This document shows, one piece after another, positions 20,347 through 31,038 of a stretch of DNA of 64,000 bases. The position numbers were made by a program, and so were the translations under genes. The notes under the pieces were generated by a model, which searched no databases, was not told where the DNA came from, and saw only the letters and a program-made list of their open reading frames with translations. This stretch comes from a virus. The stretch lies in the IMG/VR virus record IMGVR_UViG_3300032087_006189. One strand, written 5' to 3'. The number at the start of each line of letters is the position of its first letter. Position 1 is the stretch's first letter.

Positions 20347-23300
20347 TCAACCTCGTTTTCCGATTCCGGAGGCTCCGGACAGAGCGACGGAACCCTGGAT
20401 TCGCCTCTTGTATAACTCTACACGATCGGCTCGTTCAAGTCTCGGATCCATCCTATCACCTTCTCCGCCATTCAGGTTGAATGTGGGAGTTCCAGATGAA
20501 GTGAGGCTACTGGACAGATCTATGTCTTTTAGATCAAGGTACTCGAGCTTTCCACCATACTCCGCAGACGAAGAGAAACATACGGCATTCGAGTGGTATC
20601 CACCGTAGTATTTTGGAGCGTCCCCGACAGGGGCCGGAGCAGCAGAGAATGACCTAGTCGTAGTGTCGTAGAAATAGGATTTCGAAGCCAAAACCTCGAG
20701 CTGATTTGCGATCGGCCTTCGAGTGAAGTCGTAGATGTAAGACAGCGTATCCTCAGTGATGCCGCCAGTTACTTGCGCTGCAGATTTCTTGGCGTATCGC
20801 AAAGCCACGACATCTACTGCCTCTTCGACGCTTCGCACGGAATATCTCGTATTGGTCACGAGGTCTGTGATCGCCGCCGTCCCAAAAAACGGACCATAAA
20901 TCTTCCCGGTAATGTTGTTTGCGCTGTAATCATCGGAGATCCAGATCGGCCGAATTGCCTCCTCTACCGGAAGCAGGGCCGATCTTCTTGATCTCTCTGA
21001 AATTACACCAACAAACCGATCTCCCGGAAGAACAGCTGGGATGACCAGGTCGTTGCCCACCATGTAGCCTACAAGGTCCATATAGTCGGCGAACTCAAAC
21101 TCCATGCCCGGCTCGGGAAAGTACTTCTTGATCTGAATCTCAACATCGCCTACATCACCAAGAAGCGTAAAGAAGGCAGGACTCCTAAAGTCTTTTACGA
21201 TGATCAAGACTTCTGAATTTCCGTTTTCCCACGTACCCGATGTGACGGTGCCACCCTGATATTCGACCTCTGGCAGGGTCAGCTCTTTCCGCGCTTCTTG
21301 GTCAACTGCTCGATCACCCAAGTCTCCTGTAAGTACCGATGCAGAGAGCGAGGGCTGAGGATCGGATGTAACTGTGAGCCCGTAAATCAGATCTGAGAAT
21401 GACTGAAAGCCCAAGGTAGCCGCCACGGCGTACCAAAAAAAGGCTTGATCTCCCGTCGCAGTACTGGCGATGTTTGAAGTAATTCCTCCGCCAATAGACA
21501 GGTCAGCATTTCCAGAGGCTTCTACTCTGGTAATAACTGCATCTTGAATTGTCAGGGTGCCGTCACTGCCAATCAGCTCAGAAAATATATCATCCGACTG
21601 GTCTCCAGTACGGTGTGAGCGCACCTGAGACAGACGCACCTGAGTCTGTGCTCCGCCCTGACTGATTGAGTGAGTGACAGACTGAACCATGCCTAGCTTG
21701 AATGATCTCGGAGAAGATGTAGGAGACGAAAGCGCATCCTCCATCGCAATCTCTGAAGATGTCATTGTCGAGTCGATGACCAGAGCGGGGAACCCGGGAA
21801 TGATGTGGGGGCTGATGCTCAGGCTTAGGGATGCGGATCTAGCTGCGTATCGACTCGTAAGAAGACGAAAATGCGCAACCTTTGAGGCATAGGTACCGAA
21901 AGTTTCTCTATCTTCGACTGTAGATGCGTCGGTAACAGGATTCTTGAGGCCGAAGTAGATGGCGTCAGTCATGCGCTCGAACTTCGGGACGATGCCACTG
22001 AATTTCTCGTGGTCGAAGATCAGATTGGATGTGGCCCGCTCCCCCAGTGCGGAAGCAAGGCTGGCCCCAGTCAGCTCCGGCGCAAAGAAGTACCGGTTCA
22101 GGATCGCGCTATCTGATGTCGCAAACTCGAATCCCACATCGAGTTGAAGACGGGAAGCTTCCCGGATCAATTCTCGGCTTGTAGAAAACGACTGGATCAT
22201 GTCAGGGAAGATGACATTGCTCTTTGGCGGCGGACAAAACCACACGTCTGGACGAACGATGTGCGTGTAGAGGGCTTCCCGACTCCCAGATACGCCTGTG
22301 CCTATGATCTCTGAGGCCTTGGTGGTTGTGACGTTGTTCTTTCCGACACCAAAGTCTTTAATTTGGACATGCACCGGGTCCCACCCTAGCCCCATGACTT
22401 CGACAAGCAGCGGGCACGTCGTGCCCCCAAAGAGCTTTTCTTTCCCCGCCCCGAGGTATGCGAGGTTGTGGGCTGCAGCCAACGTCTCTGCTTGTTGGTA
22501 GAAAAGGACATAGTCCTTGGCAATTTGAATGTCCAAGTCGAAGCGAGTCAGGCCGCCCGGGTACTTGTCGCCAGTCAGATGAAAGCGGACTTGGGTTTCA
22601 AAAGCTGCGAGATTGAGGGTAGAAGGATCTACGCGCGTAGTTGTCGCCAACGTGAAAAGGGCTCGGCGCAGGTTTTTGTACCAAGTACCGGTGGTGGTCG
22701 CGTCCTTAATGGGCGTGCCTGGCTTATGAAACTCATAGGGTAGGCCTACGCCCCACTTGGAGGGGTTTCCCTTTGACTCTGTGTCGTCCTTGTAGGAAAA
22801 CACGAAGTCCATCGCAAGCCCCCACTCATGGGCGATTGCCTTGTCATCGGTGCCGGGCTCTCTAAACGCGCTCGACAGATGGACAGTCGCCGGAGAGCTC
22901 AGACCCGTTGCTGCAAATGAGTTGAGGGCCGTGAGGAACGGAATGAGCTGCTCATGGAACTCCGCTTGAATGAAGAACTCTACTTTATCGCTGATCAAGA
23001 ACTCATCGTATTGAGCCCGTTGTTCCTCTGTAAGCTCCCCAATGAGCTGCTTTAGTGACGAAAACTTCGGGATGTCCCGATTCGGCTTACCGGGGCTGTC
23101 TGTGCTGTTGCCGGGGAGGTATCGGGCGCAGGGATTCGGCACCATCTCGTAGAACACATATTCAAACACGATCGAGGTGAGTTGGCGGAAGCTCATGACC
23201 TGGCCTCTGTCAGCCAGCCTCTTTGTCAGCCACTCTGAAAACTGCTTGACCTGAAACACCTGTGAAGCGGTCTCTCCAGAGTCCCCAACAACCGATTCCA

Positions 23301-23931
23301 AAAAGCGGACTCGGCGCTCCTGAACAGACACAAACTGATTCAACCCGTATGAGAGCCCTTGAACCCCGCACAGAATCTCAAGTACCGCAAGCAGTCCTCC
23401 CAGAAGGGTCTGCTTACCTGAGTGCTGTGGCATAGATGGGCTTTTGGTAAGAGCTCTGCGGATTACCTCTTCTGGGTTGTTGGTGATGTTGTCAAACAGC
23501 AGGTTCTGCGCGCCTAAGAAAATAGATGTATCTCGGACAATGGTGTTGCTTTCAGTGTCCTGGCCCCCGATTCGTGCCTGGTAGAGGTAGTTCGTATCGA
23601 GGACATTTGAGAAGTCGAGGCATGTCAAAGTGGCGCTTCTGGAGCCCATTCCTGCCTTGTTGCTCGATACCCCGAACAGCTCTCCGCAAAACAGCAGCTT
23701 GTAGTGGGTGTCCAGTGGGGCCTCTCTCCCACTTCTCCGGAATGCCATGTGGTCCAAGTAGAACAAGTGGACCACTGTGCGCGGGAGAAGTAGGTCCAGA
23801 GAGTCATCCGGCACGATCTCAATGGTTGCTGATGCAGGAGATCCGATCGTCGCCGTCACCGATGCTCCGATCACGGGTACTTGGATCCCCTCAAGAAACA
23901 GCCTGAGATCAAGATAGAAGCCCTGGTTCAC
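20347..23931 (-). CDS. Baseplate hub-like protein with an inserted M15-type zinc peptidase domain (1194 aa)
   Basis: Hub-like N-terminus (LRLFLEGIQVPVIGASV...LLFCGEL...LTCLD) and later GMVQSVTHSISQGG. The insert reads SSAFR...AHEWGLAMDF...WDPVHVQ. Confidence 0.65.
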   Translation of the reverse strand: MNQGFYLDLRLFLEGIQVPVIGASVTATIGSPASATIEIVPDDSLDLLLPRTVVHLFYLDHMAFRRSGREAPLDTHYKLLFCGELFGVSSNKAGMGSRSATLTCLDFSNVLDTNYLYQARIGGQDTESNTIVRDTSIFLGAQNLLFDNITNNPEEVIRRALTKSPSMPQHSGKQTLLGGLLAVLEILCGVQGLSYGLNQFVSVQERRVRFLESVVGDSGETASQVFQVKQFSEWLTKRLADRGQVMSFRQLTSIVFEYVFYEMVPNPCARYLPGNSTDSPGKPNRDIPKFSSLKQLIGELTEEQRAQYDEFLISDKVEFFIQAEFHEQLIPFLTALNSFAATGLSSPATVHLSSAFREPGTDDKAIAHEWGLAMDFVFSYKDDTESKGNPSKWGVGLPYEFHKPGTPIKDATTTGTWYKNLRRALFTLATTTRVDPSTLNLAAFETQVRFHLTGDKYPGGLTRFDLDIQIAKDYVLFYQQAETLAAAHNLAYLGAGKEKLFGGTTCPLLVEVMGLGWDPVHVQIKDFGVGKNNVTTTKASEIIGTGVSGSREALYTHIVRPDVWFCPPPKSNVIFPDMIQSFSTSRELIREASRLQLDVGFEFATSDSAILNRYFFAPELTGASLASALGERATSNLIFDHEKFSGIVPKFERMTDAIYFGLKNPVTDASTVEDRETFGTYASKVAHFRLLTSRYAARSASLSLSISPHIIPGFPALVIDSTMTSSEIAMEDALSSPTSSPRSFKLGMVQSVTHSISQGGAQTQVRLSQVRSHRTGDQSDDIFSELIGSDGTLTIQDAVITRVEASGNADLSIGGGITSNIASTATGDQAFFWYAVAATLGFQSFSDLIYGLTVTSDPQPSLSASVLTGDLGDRAVDQEARKELTLPEVEYQGGTVTSGTWENGNSEVLIIVKDFRSPAFFTLLGDVGDVEIQIKKYFPEPGMEFEFADYMDLVGYMVGNDLVIPAVLPGDRFVGVISERSRRSALLPVEEAIRPIWISDDYSANNITGKIYGPFFGTAAITDLVTNTRYSVRSVEEAVDVVALRYAKKSAAQVTGGITEDTLSYIYDFTRRPIANQLEVLASKSYFYDTTTRSFSAAPAPVGDAPKYYGGYHSNAVCFSSSAEYGGKLEYLDLKDIDLSSSLTSSGTPTFNLNGGEGDRMDPRLERADRVELYKRRIQGSVALSGASGIGKRG

Positions 23932-25592
23932 AAGATCACCGACATGATTGTTTCAGCAGTACTTGGCTGAATGACTCCAGTTTCTCCGCGGATAACTGCA
24001 CCACGCGCATCTTGCACCAGCCGTCGCTGCTCTGCTGTGCGCTGAGCCTCTGCGATACTTGACTGCATCGCGGCGGTCTGGGCCTTGCTGAGGTTGCCGG
24101 TATTCGGGTTTGTGATGCTCTCTTGAAGCTCTCGACGGTTGTTGACAATGCTGTTTCCGATAGCGAGCGTTGCGATTGCATACGCCCCGCGGCCAACAAG
24201 CCGGAGTGCATCAGAGATAATGGCCTGAGTACGCAAAGTTTGCTGGTACGCAACTGCCTGCGTCTCGAGGGCACTCCGGGAAGTACCAGGGACCGACCCA
24301 GGAAACGGTGCAACCTTGATTCCGAAGGCAGCAAACGCTGCTACTGCTTGTGTGGAGTACAACAGCCGCTCGGGCACATCTCTGTAGAATCTTGCCGTTG
24401 CCTCTGCCTCAGCTGCGTCCGTTACAAATGTGCCATCAACCGGGTAGTTGACATACTCGTCGAAGTTCTGGAAATAATACCGAGAAGTCTCTCTCTGAAA
24501 CTTGAGCAGCGCGTCCGTAAGCAGCTCCCCATCGGTGTTGGTGCGCAATACGACCGTTTTCACCGCGCTCGGAGTATCTGAGAATGCGAGGGTTGGGGCG
24601 CCGAAGAAGTTCGTAAGCGTCTTGTTTCCAAGAGCATCTACATCAGATCCTTCTGCAAATAGCGAGTTTCTCGGAGGCCCACCGGATCCCACAAAGCTCA
24701 ATGGAACGACCATGTTGCGGCCGTACAGGAAGTTTCGGGCCTTCCTGATCACATTGTCGAGAGCTGCGTCAATTGAGTTCAGGGCTCCCATGAGCTTGCC
24801 GAGGGTACCGGGCTCTGACCCCAGAGGAGACAACTTGATGTTTGTCCTCCGTACCGCGGCGGTCGTGCTCTCGTCCAAACGCAGCTGATCGTCTGGGCTG
24901 GCAAGCGCACCTACTCCGAGAAGATCTCCAGAAGCATTCGGATCTCGACGCGGAGCCTCCGGATTGAGCTCTCCCCGAGAAACGCTTTCGACAAACATCG
25001 AGAAGTTGAGCTGGATGACATACGGATCTTGGCTTGAAGCGATGGTTGTGCAGTTGGTGATGTACCCGGAAACAATAGTCTCGTCCCTACCGCTGCCATA
25101 GCGCAGCTGGGCTTTTGTATTTGAGCTGGTAAGCGATGTTCCTCGAAGACGACCTTCGTAGTTCATCCACCACTCTTTGTGCCACTCGAAGTCCGCCGTG
25201 TTGGGGAGGATGGCGGTGCAGTTGATCAACCTCGGCTGCTCTCCGAAGAAGAAGCCGTAGGTCGCCCCGAATGTAGTGATGAACTGCGACTTCTCGTTTC
25301 GCGTCTCCGTGATGTTCTGCAGCAAAAAGTTGTGCGTGTAGTAGGTCGTCTGGGCAGGAGGGGCACTCGTATTGTAAAGAGCCCGCCCTTCTGGCTTGGA
25401 AGAGCCTCCAGCGCCTACGATCGTAATAGAAGCATGAGTGTCTGTCGGGACAACGATGCCTCGCATCGGGCGGCGGATGAACTGCTCCTCGTTCATAGAT
25501 CCAATACTCGTGGATACCGAGTCGGACTGCCCGTTTCCTCTCAAGACCAGATCGGCAGTGAGCAGTGTTTGGAAGACAGCGGGATCGGACAT
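23928..25592 (-). CDS. Tail-tube initiator / baseplate-proximal protein
   Basis: NFLLQNITETRNEKSQFITTFGATYGFFFGEQPRLINC...LNFSMFV is a tube-fold-like segment. It lies between the tape measure and hub genes. Confidence 0.55.
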   Translation of the reverse strand: MSDPAVFQTLLTADLVLRGNGQSDSVSTSIGSMNEEQFIRRPMRGIVVPTDTHASITIVGAGGSSKPEGRALYNTSAPPAQTTYYTHNFLLQNITETRNEKSQFITTFGATYGFFFGEQPRLINCTAILPNTADFEWHKEWWMNYEGRLRGTSLTSSNTKAQLRYGSGRDETIVSGYITNCTTIASSQDPYVIQLNFSMFVESVSRGELNPEAPRRDPNASGDLLGVGALASPDDQLRLDESTTAAVRRTNIKLSPLGSEPGTLGKLMGALNSIDAALDNVIRKARNFLYGRNMVVPLSFVGSGGPPRNSLFAEGSDVDALGNKTLTNFFGAPTLAFSDTPSAVKTVVLRTNTDGELLTDALLKFQRETSRYYFQNFDEYVNYPVDGTFVTDAAEAEATARFYRDVPERLLYSTQAVAAFAAFGIKVAPFPGSVPGTSRSALETQAVAYQQTLRTQAIISDALRLVGRGAYAIATLAIGNSIVNNRRELQESITNPNTGNLSKAQTAAMQSSIAEAQRTAEQRRLVQDARGAVIRGETGVIQPSTAETIMSVIL

Positions 25593-25834
25593 CAGCGCAC
25601 CACCGGAACTCGAGTACGAATCAGGCTACTGACCAGATCGTAATCCATGAGGGACTCGTACTCTCGCCCAAGTACGATCTCGCCAATCATCCGATCTACA
25701 GCCTGCTGCGCAATATCGTCGATGACTGGGTACTCCGTGATCCGCACTTCGCGGGTAAGCCCGTCCTCGTCAACGTACTGGAAGATCTCTTCCTTACGCT
25801 CATCAGAGATGCGTTCTACGATTTGCGAGCTCAT
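25592..25834 (-). CDS. Hypothetical protein
   Basis: 80-aa ORF coupled on both sides. Confidence 0.55.
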   Translation of the reverse strand: MSSQIVERISDERKEEIFQYVDEDGLTREVRITEYPVIDDIAQQAVDRMIGEIVLGREYESLMDYDLVSSLIRTRVPVVR

Positions 25835-28800
25835 CAGCCATCCTCTTTCTTTTCTGGGTCAGGAATAAACCCGGCCACATACGAGATGCCCGTCTTGTTG
25901 AGCGTCTCTGCAGTGAGCTGCACCTGCTCAGAGGTTTTTCGGACATTTTGATCTGTTTGATTTAGCAAATTGGCCATTATCTGCTGCTCGGTCTGTCCTC
26001 CGTCAAGCAAAGAGCGCTTGTCCGTGTCGAGCCCGAGGTCGGCTGCCTTGAGCGCACCAATTGCTGAGCCAAGCTTTTTAGCATCAACCTTAATGCTGCT
26101 GCCGGCAATGCTGCCGCCCTGCTCCTTGACAAGCTTTCGGACTTGGTCCTGGCTTAGGCCCATATCCGTCAACTCGGACATCGTCAGCCCGTCGCGGGCC
26201 GCTCGACTAACCGCGGTAGCAGCCTCTACCCCAAATCCCAGCATCTGGGACTCAACATCATCCGCGCCGGTTGCCACAAACCCTTCTTGTGCGAGCTTTT
26301 GAATGCTGCGCTGCAGGGCAGAGAAGTTGGTCTCTGCCTTCCCGGAGTCAAACTGCCGCTCAAGCCCACTCTCCCTAAGGGCGGCCATACCCAGGCTCGA
26401 CAACTGCTCATCCACTCGCCGCTGGGCTTCCTTGTTGACTAGATTTGAGGCAGCAGTTCCAATCTTCTTAAGGAGGCCTGCATCTACTCCTGATGTTCGT
26501 CGTTCGGACGCATTCCTGCCCGTCTTGTGCTGCATGAGAACTTCGAGATCTCTTACATCCTGAGCAGAGATTTTGAGCCCGAATCTCTTGTTCAGTTTCT
26601 TTGCAGCGGCGTCTGGGTCGTTTCCTGCGATGATGTGATCAATCTCTTTTTGGCTTTTTTCATACTTCTGCAAGAGAGCGGAGCTTTCTCCTCCCTGCTC
26701 AATTCGATCGAATGCTTCCTCGAGGTTGCTATCAACCGCAAATCGTGCCGCAGAAAATAGGGCACCGCTTACCCCACCGAATGCGACATTTTGACCTACT
26801 GACCCTATTTTCTCTATAGAGCCAAAAGCAGCGAAAGGAGAGCTAAAGTCCATCGTGAAGTCAGTCGCGCCTCTCGTACCAAACAGTCTGGAGAGATCTT
26901 GTTGGTCGGAACGGGTAGAATCTACCGAAAGCCCGGCATCTTTCTTGTTTTTGAAGTATTCGGCAAGAAGCTGTTCGGTCCGCTCACGATCTTCCGGGGC
27001 AGCTGATTTCAGGGCAATAGCGGCTGCCCGCTCTTCGTCGATACCGATATTTGTTGCGCTGGCTGCGCCGAGGGGGCTCACAATAGAAAGTGCAGATTTT
27101 GCAGCGACATGCTTGAGCCTGCTGCTCGGATCTGCTTGAAACATTATCTGCCTCAGGGCCCCAGAAATATCTGCGTCTGCAGCAGACTTACCAGAGCCTG
27201 CCGCAAAAACTGCGTTTGCTGCCGATGTACCGCGCACGCGAGACACCATGTCATCGGAGACAGATGGAAGAGCCTGCCCAATCATCCCTCGCCGAGCAGC
27301 TTCCCCAATACCCATGGTCCTGCCAGAGCCGGCGCGACCCATCATGGCAGACATGACAGCCTCATCAAGCGCCTCTTGAGTGGTCCCGATTGTCACGCGA
27401 GTACTTCCTTTCCCCAGCATAAACCTCTCGACATCTTGGCTGCTCTCTATGACCCCTCGGTAGTACGAAGAAGCGGCGTCTGTGAGGGGATTGAAGGCAT
27501 CGGAGATGGTTCCCCCAATACGCTGCGCGGCTCCTGACAGGGTCGCGTTTTCCCGAAGTTCTGCTGCCCTCTGGCTTGCCAAGATCTCTTGTTTTAGCGC
27601 CGACAATCTTTGTCCACGGCCGCTCTTTAGTTCTTGCAGCTTACGAACTGCACGACGATCCATGTTGAACTGGGTCTCAGCAACCAGCTGGAAGAGGTCT
27701 TGATCTTCTCCGGCACCCTCTCCAAACATCTCTTCGGTGATCGATCGAACCATACCAAACAGAGCTTCCTGTCCCTGATCTGACTCGAGCATAGACTCCA
27801 TGATGTCTTGGCGACGGGCCGTAAAGGATGCCTGGCCAATTCGGGAGCCACGCTTCCCTCCCCCGATGTCCATCAGCTCGTTTCTAGACAGGTTGCCTTG
27901 CGCCATACGGCGCAGGATTCCTGCATCGATCTCTCCTGTGAACCTCCCAGACTTATCCGTTGCTCCTGCAGCGAGGAGCATTCCAGTTCCCAGTGCTCCT
28001 GACAATCCTCCCATCGTGCCAGCAAGAGTCTGTTGGGCCATCATCTGCGCAGCCTCAAGCGGGGTTGATGCCCCCGTCATGTCCATCATCTCTTCTGCGC
28101 TCATCTGACCAGTGCGGATGGCGTTCATAAACTCGGCGGTCTTTGCGGTGATCATCCCTGCACCGGCACGACCGGACATCTGAGCTCCGCGGGTCATCCC
28201 TGCGCCAGTTCTCTGCATCTGCGCAAACTGCTGAGAGCTCATGCCAAAGCCGCGCATTAGAGTCATGTTGGCGGTGTTGCCCATGACGTCCTGTGCGGAG
28301 TAAAAACCGGACCCCTTCATATCTTTGAAGATCTGCCCGGCTTCCTCCATTGAGGTGCCCAGAGAGCGAGCCATCTGGTGCATGGTCTTACCGAGCTCGG
28401 TCACCTTCTTTGCCAGCTTCTCGGCGTCCTGCACTCCCTGGTGCATCCCCATTTCGGTGAATCGCTCTGTCGCGCGAAGCGCGTCGGACATCGAAACAAA
28501 CGGGTTGTTCGCGTCGATAGCTCGCACACCACGCTGCAGCGTCATCAGATCGTTTTGGCTGAATCCTCGGCCAGTTGTTGGGTCTCCCGAAGCGTTGACA
28601 AACTGCATGTTGCCAAACATGTTTCCGACGGCATTCGCGTTTTGCACTCCCGTATTTGCAATACTCAGTCCAGCGCCTGCGGCCATAAGCCCAAGACCGA
28701 TCGGCCCGCCGGCTAGGGCCATTGGGCTGGCCATGCCGAGAGAAGCTCCTGTACCTAAGGCGGTTGCTCCGGTAAGGACTCCCAAAGAGGTGGCTCCGCC

Positions 28801-29055
28801 GGCCCCAGCCGCACCACCACCAATTGCGGCAATACTAGGAAAAAACCCGGCGGCAATGCCCGCTCCAGAAGCAAGCATTCCCGCTGCACCCGACATTCCC
28901 GTCGCAAGGCCAAGACCGCCCGTTATCAACCGATTGCCAGCGTACGCCCCACCAGTAGCCTGGGCGTGGCCAGTCGGAGCGTAGCTGAAGGTGGGTGGGT
29001 AGTGCGATGAGCCCATATTGGGCTGCATCGGCATCATTCCGGGCTGCGGATACAT
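25834..29055 (-). CDS. Tape-measure-like protein (~1073 aa)
   Basis: Ala/Gly/Met-rich helical protein with Gly-rich hydrophobic stretches, upstream of the tube-initiator and hub genes. The ATG at 29055 has an AGGTGA SD. Confidence 0.7.
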   Translation of the reverse strand: MYPQPGMMPMQPNMGSSHYPPTFSYAPTGHAQATGGAYAGNRLITGGLGLATGMSGAAGMLASGAGIAAGFFPSIAAIGGGAAGAGGATSLGVLTGATALGTGASLGMASPMALAGGPIGLGLMAAGAGLSIANTGVQNANAVGNMFGNMQFVNASGDPTTGRGFSQNDLMTLQRGVRAIDANNPFVSMSDALRATERFTEMGMHQGVQDAEKLAKKVTELGKTMHQMARSLGTSMEEAGQIFKDMKGSGFYSAQDVMGNTANMTLMRGFGMSSQQFAQMQRTGAGMTRGAQMSGRAGAGMITAKTAEFMNAIRTGQMSAEEMMDMTGASTPLEAAQMMAQQTLAGTMGGLSGALGTGMLLAAGATDKSGRFTGEIDAGILRRMAQGNLSRNELMDIGGGKRGSRIGQASFTARRQDIMESMLESDQGQEALFGMVRSITEEMFGEGAGEDQDLFQLVAETQFNMDRRAVRKLQELKSGRGQRLSALKQEILASQRAAELRENATLSGAAQRIGGTISDAFNPLTDAASSYYRGVIESSQDVERFMLGKGSTRVTIGTTQEALDEAVMSAMMGRAGSGRTMGIGEAARRGMIGQALPSVSDDMVSRVRGTSAANAVFAAGSGKSAADADISGALRQIMFQADPSSRLKHVAAKSALSIVSPLGAASATNIGIDEERAAAIALKSAAPEDRERTEQLLAEYFKNKKDAGLSVDSTRSDQQDLSRLFGTRGATDFTMDFSSPFAAFGSIEKIGSVGQNVAFGGVSGALFSAARFAVDSNLEEAFDRIEQGGESSALLQKYEKSQKEIDHIIAGNDPDAAAKKLNKRFGLKISAQDVRDLEVLMQHKTGRNASERRTSGVDAGLLKKIGTAASNLVNKEAQRRVDEQLSSLGMAALRESGLERQFDSGKAETNFSALQRSIQKLAQEGFVATGADDVESQMLGFGVEAATAVSRAARDGLTMSELTDMGLSQDQVRKLVKEQGGSIAGSSIKVDAKKLGSAIGALKAADLGLDTDKRSLLDGGQTEQQIMANLLNQTDQNVRKTSEQVQLTAETLNKTGISYVAGFIPDPEKKEDG

Positions 29056-29081
29056 CAAATATCACCTGTTTGGCGGCATAA
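29056..29081 (+). promoter_or_regulatory. Conserved phage promoter (YAAA-N14-SGTCATAA class)
   Basis: caaa-N14-cggcataa upstream of SD AGGAGG and ATG 29108. Confidence 0.6.
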
Positions 29082-29107
29082 TACCACTAACGGCACAAGG
29101 AGGTATC

Positions 29108-29497
29108 ATGCTGTTTTTGTTCACTGTGGGCACCGTTGTGGTTGCAGGATTGTCGGAGGCTAAAAAGGCCTGGGACGATGAGGCCAAGGAGCTTGAAGAG
29201 ACTGCCGATCTTCGTGATCGGATCTTTCACCGAGGTGGCTGGGACGAGGTCGAGAATCCTGATTGTACATTTCTCGGACTTCAGCCACTGACCCTCTACA
29301 AGCTTCGCCATGGGTTCATGACTTTGTACGAGGTCCAGAAGCACGGAAAGCCCGAAGGCGCAGAAGAGATCACGCTGCTACTGACTGCGGATGAGATTCT
29401 GATTCTGCAGCAGCACGGCTTCGACAGCGAAGCTGGTCTCTTCGTTTTGGGCTCTGCGTACAAGATGGACGCAGAGAGGAGGGAGCACGCCGCTTGA
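29108..29497 (+). CDS. Hypothetical protein with an N-terminal hydrophobic segment
   Basis: AGGAGG SD before ATG 29108; followed by a hairpin at 29481-29509. Confidence 0.6.
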   Translation: MLFLFTVGTVVVAGLSEAKKAWDDEAKELEETADLRDRIFHRGGWDEVENPDCTFLGLQPLTLYKLRHGFMTLYEVQKHGKPEGAEEITLLLTADEILILQQHGFDSEAGLFVLGSAYKMDAERREHAA

Positions 29498-29509
29498 CGG
29501 CGTGCTCCC
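29481..29509. terminator. Hairpin between convergent genes
   Basis: 12-bp stem gggagcacgccg/cggcgtgctccc. Confidence 0.6.
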
Positions 29510-29520
29510 TTCGGGGAACC

Positions 29521-29718
29521 TCACGTTAGCCTGCACGGACCCATTGGATCGGGCTTGAGGTTCTCAGAGAACTTCCCAGTTTCTTTAGCCACAATAAATG
29601 ACTTGATGATCGCGCGCTCGAACTTCGCCAGCGGCTCCGCACCCTGGCCGCGGAACCACTTCTCGAAGGCATCAATCTGGGCATCCGCGCGAGCCAAAAT
29701 TTCCTTTCTTTCGGTCAT
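29521..29718 (-). CDS. Small hypothetical protein
   Basis: MTERKEILARADAQIDAFEKWF...; GGAG SD; fills the intergenic gap. Confidence 0.45.
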   Translation of the reverse strand: MTERKEILARADAQIDAFEKWFRGQGAEPLAKFERAIIKSFIVAKETGKFSENLKPDPMGPCRLT

Positions 29719-29720
29719 AA
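29695..29720 (+). promoter_or_regulatory. Conserved phage promoter for the ligase gene
   Basis: caaa-N14-ggtcataa. Confidence 0.6.
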
Positions 29721-29737
29721 CAACTCCGGAGGACAAC

Positions 29738-31036
29738 ATGGAATACCTGACACTCTATAGCACTGCCCGTACTGGAGCAGTGCGCGTTTGGGAAATCGCT
29801 GTCGATGAGGACCGGGTAATCACCCGCTTCGGGCAGCTCGATGGAAAGATGCAGGAAGTCGTGGACTACGGCACTGCGAAGAATGTCGGGCGGAGCAATG
29901 AGATCTCCGCCGAAGAAGATGCAGAAAACATGGCGCGTCGCATGGCGCGTCAGAAGATGTTGAAGGGCTACCGAAAGACCCTGGTTCAAGAATCTGACGG
30001 CTTCAATCCGTTCACGGAGGAGGGGCTGCCCAGTGAGCTGTCCTTCTACAAGCCACAGAACTCCATGAGCAAGAAGATGGAGAAGCTGGTTGAAGCGGAA
30101 GAGGCGTGGGCGCTCCGTAAGTACGATGGCGAAATGATGGTCATCGTGAAAGATCTGGACGGAATCGTAGACATCTACAGCCGGCGCATGCTCAGACATC
30201 ACCACAATGAGGAGGACACCGCTTGGCGAGTTCGATTCAACCACCTTGTGTGTGAGATCGAAAACAATGAGCGCATCCCTTCGGGGACTGTTCTTCTCGG
30301 CGAGATGGTTGCCTCTCCTCAGGAAGACAGCCGCTGGTATGTCGCGAAGGTCTTGAAGAGCCTGACTGACCGGGCAATAGATCTGCAGGAGGAGCACGGG
30401 CGTCTGCACTTCATCTGCTGGGATGTGGCCTGGTCAGGCGGAGAGCAGTTGATCGGCAAAGAATCTGTCGGTGTCCGATTGGATTACTGCAGGCTGTACG
30501 CAGGAACCTATCTCCGAGCCCCAGAGATGTTCTTCACCGGACATCCCTTCGACAGCGTCGACGCTCTCCGAGATCTTGCAGCTCGCAAGGGATGGGAAGG
30601 CTTCGTTGTGATCGATCCAGAGGCTACCTACGGAGACAAGGCGTTCAATCTGCGCGGCAAGCCTGACCGTCCCGCGGGTGCCTGTAAGTTGAAGCCGTGC
30701 TTCGAGGACGACTTCATCGCCTACTTCGATCCTGAAGATGGGCACGGCAAGTACGGCCGCGGCAAGTACACGGGAAAGCTCGGTGCGGTCAGCCTGTACC
30801 AGCACACCTCACTCGGCGGGCTCCAGTACATCTGCGAATGCGGCAACGGGTTCACGAAGGAGTTCATCGAGAACAACTCTGACCCCTCGGACTGGCCGAA
30901 GGTGATCGAAGTCAAGTACGAAAGCCGGACGTACAAGGATGCCGATGGGCACGGTACGAACGCACTTCAGTTTCCGCGATTTGTCCGCGTTCGCGAGGAC
31001 AAGGACCCGGACGAGTGCATCAACCCGGAGCTGTGA
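29738..31036 (+). CDS. lig: ATP-dependent DNA ligase with an N-terminal WGR-like domain
   Basis: Motif I RKYDG, III LLGEM, IIIa FICWDV, IV EGFVV, V KLK, VI LQFPRF. GGAGG SD before ATG 29738. Confidence 0.9.
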   Translation: MEYLTLYSTARTGAVRVWEIAVDEDRVITRFGQLDGKMQEVVDYGTAKNVGRSNEISAEEDAENMARRMARQKMLKGYRKTLVQESDGFNPFTEEGLPSELSFYKPQNSMSKKMEKLVEAEEAWALRKYDGEMMVIVKDLDGIVDIYSRRMLRHHHNEEDTAWRVRFNHLVCEIENNERIPSGTVLLGEMVASPQEDSRWYVAKVLKSLTDRAIDLQEEHGRLHFICWDVAWSGGEQLIGKESVGVRLDYCRLYAGTYLRAPEMFFTGHPFDSVDALRDLAARKGWEGFVVIDPEATYGDKAFNLRGKPDRPAGACKLKPCFEDDFIAYFDPEDGHGKYGRGKYTGKLGAVSLYQHTSLGGLQYICECGNGFTKEFIENNSDPSDWPKVIEVKYESRTYKDADGHGTNALQFPRFVRVREDKDPDECINPEL

Positions 31037-31038
31037 GT

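Noticed and set aside
181-29000. Numerous plus-strand ORFs of 60-290 aa opposite the structural genes
   Set aside because: They are antisense shadows of long minus-strand genes in GC-rich DNA, with no SDs or recognisable motifs.
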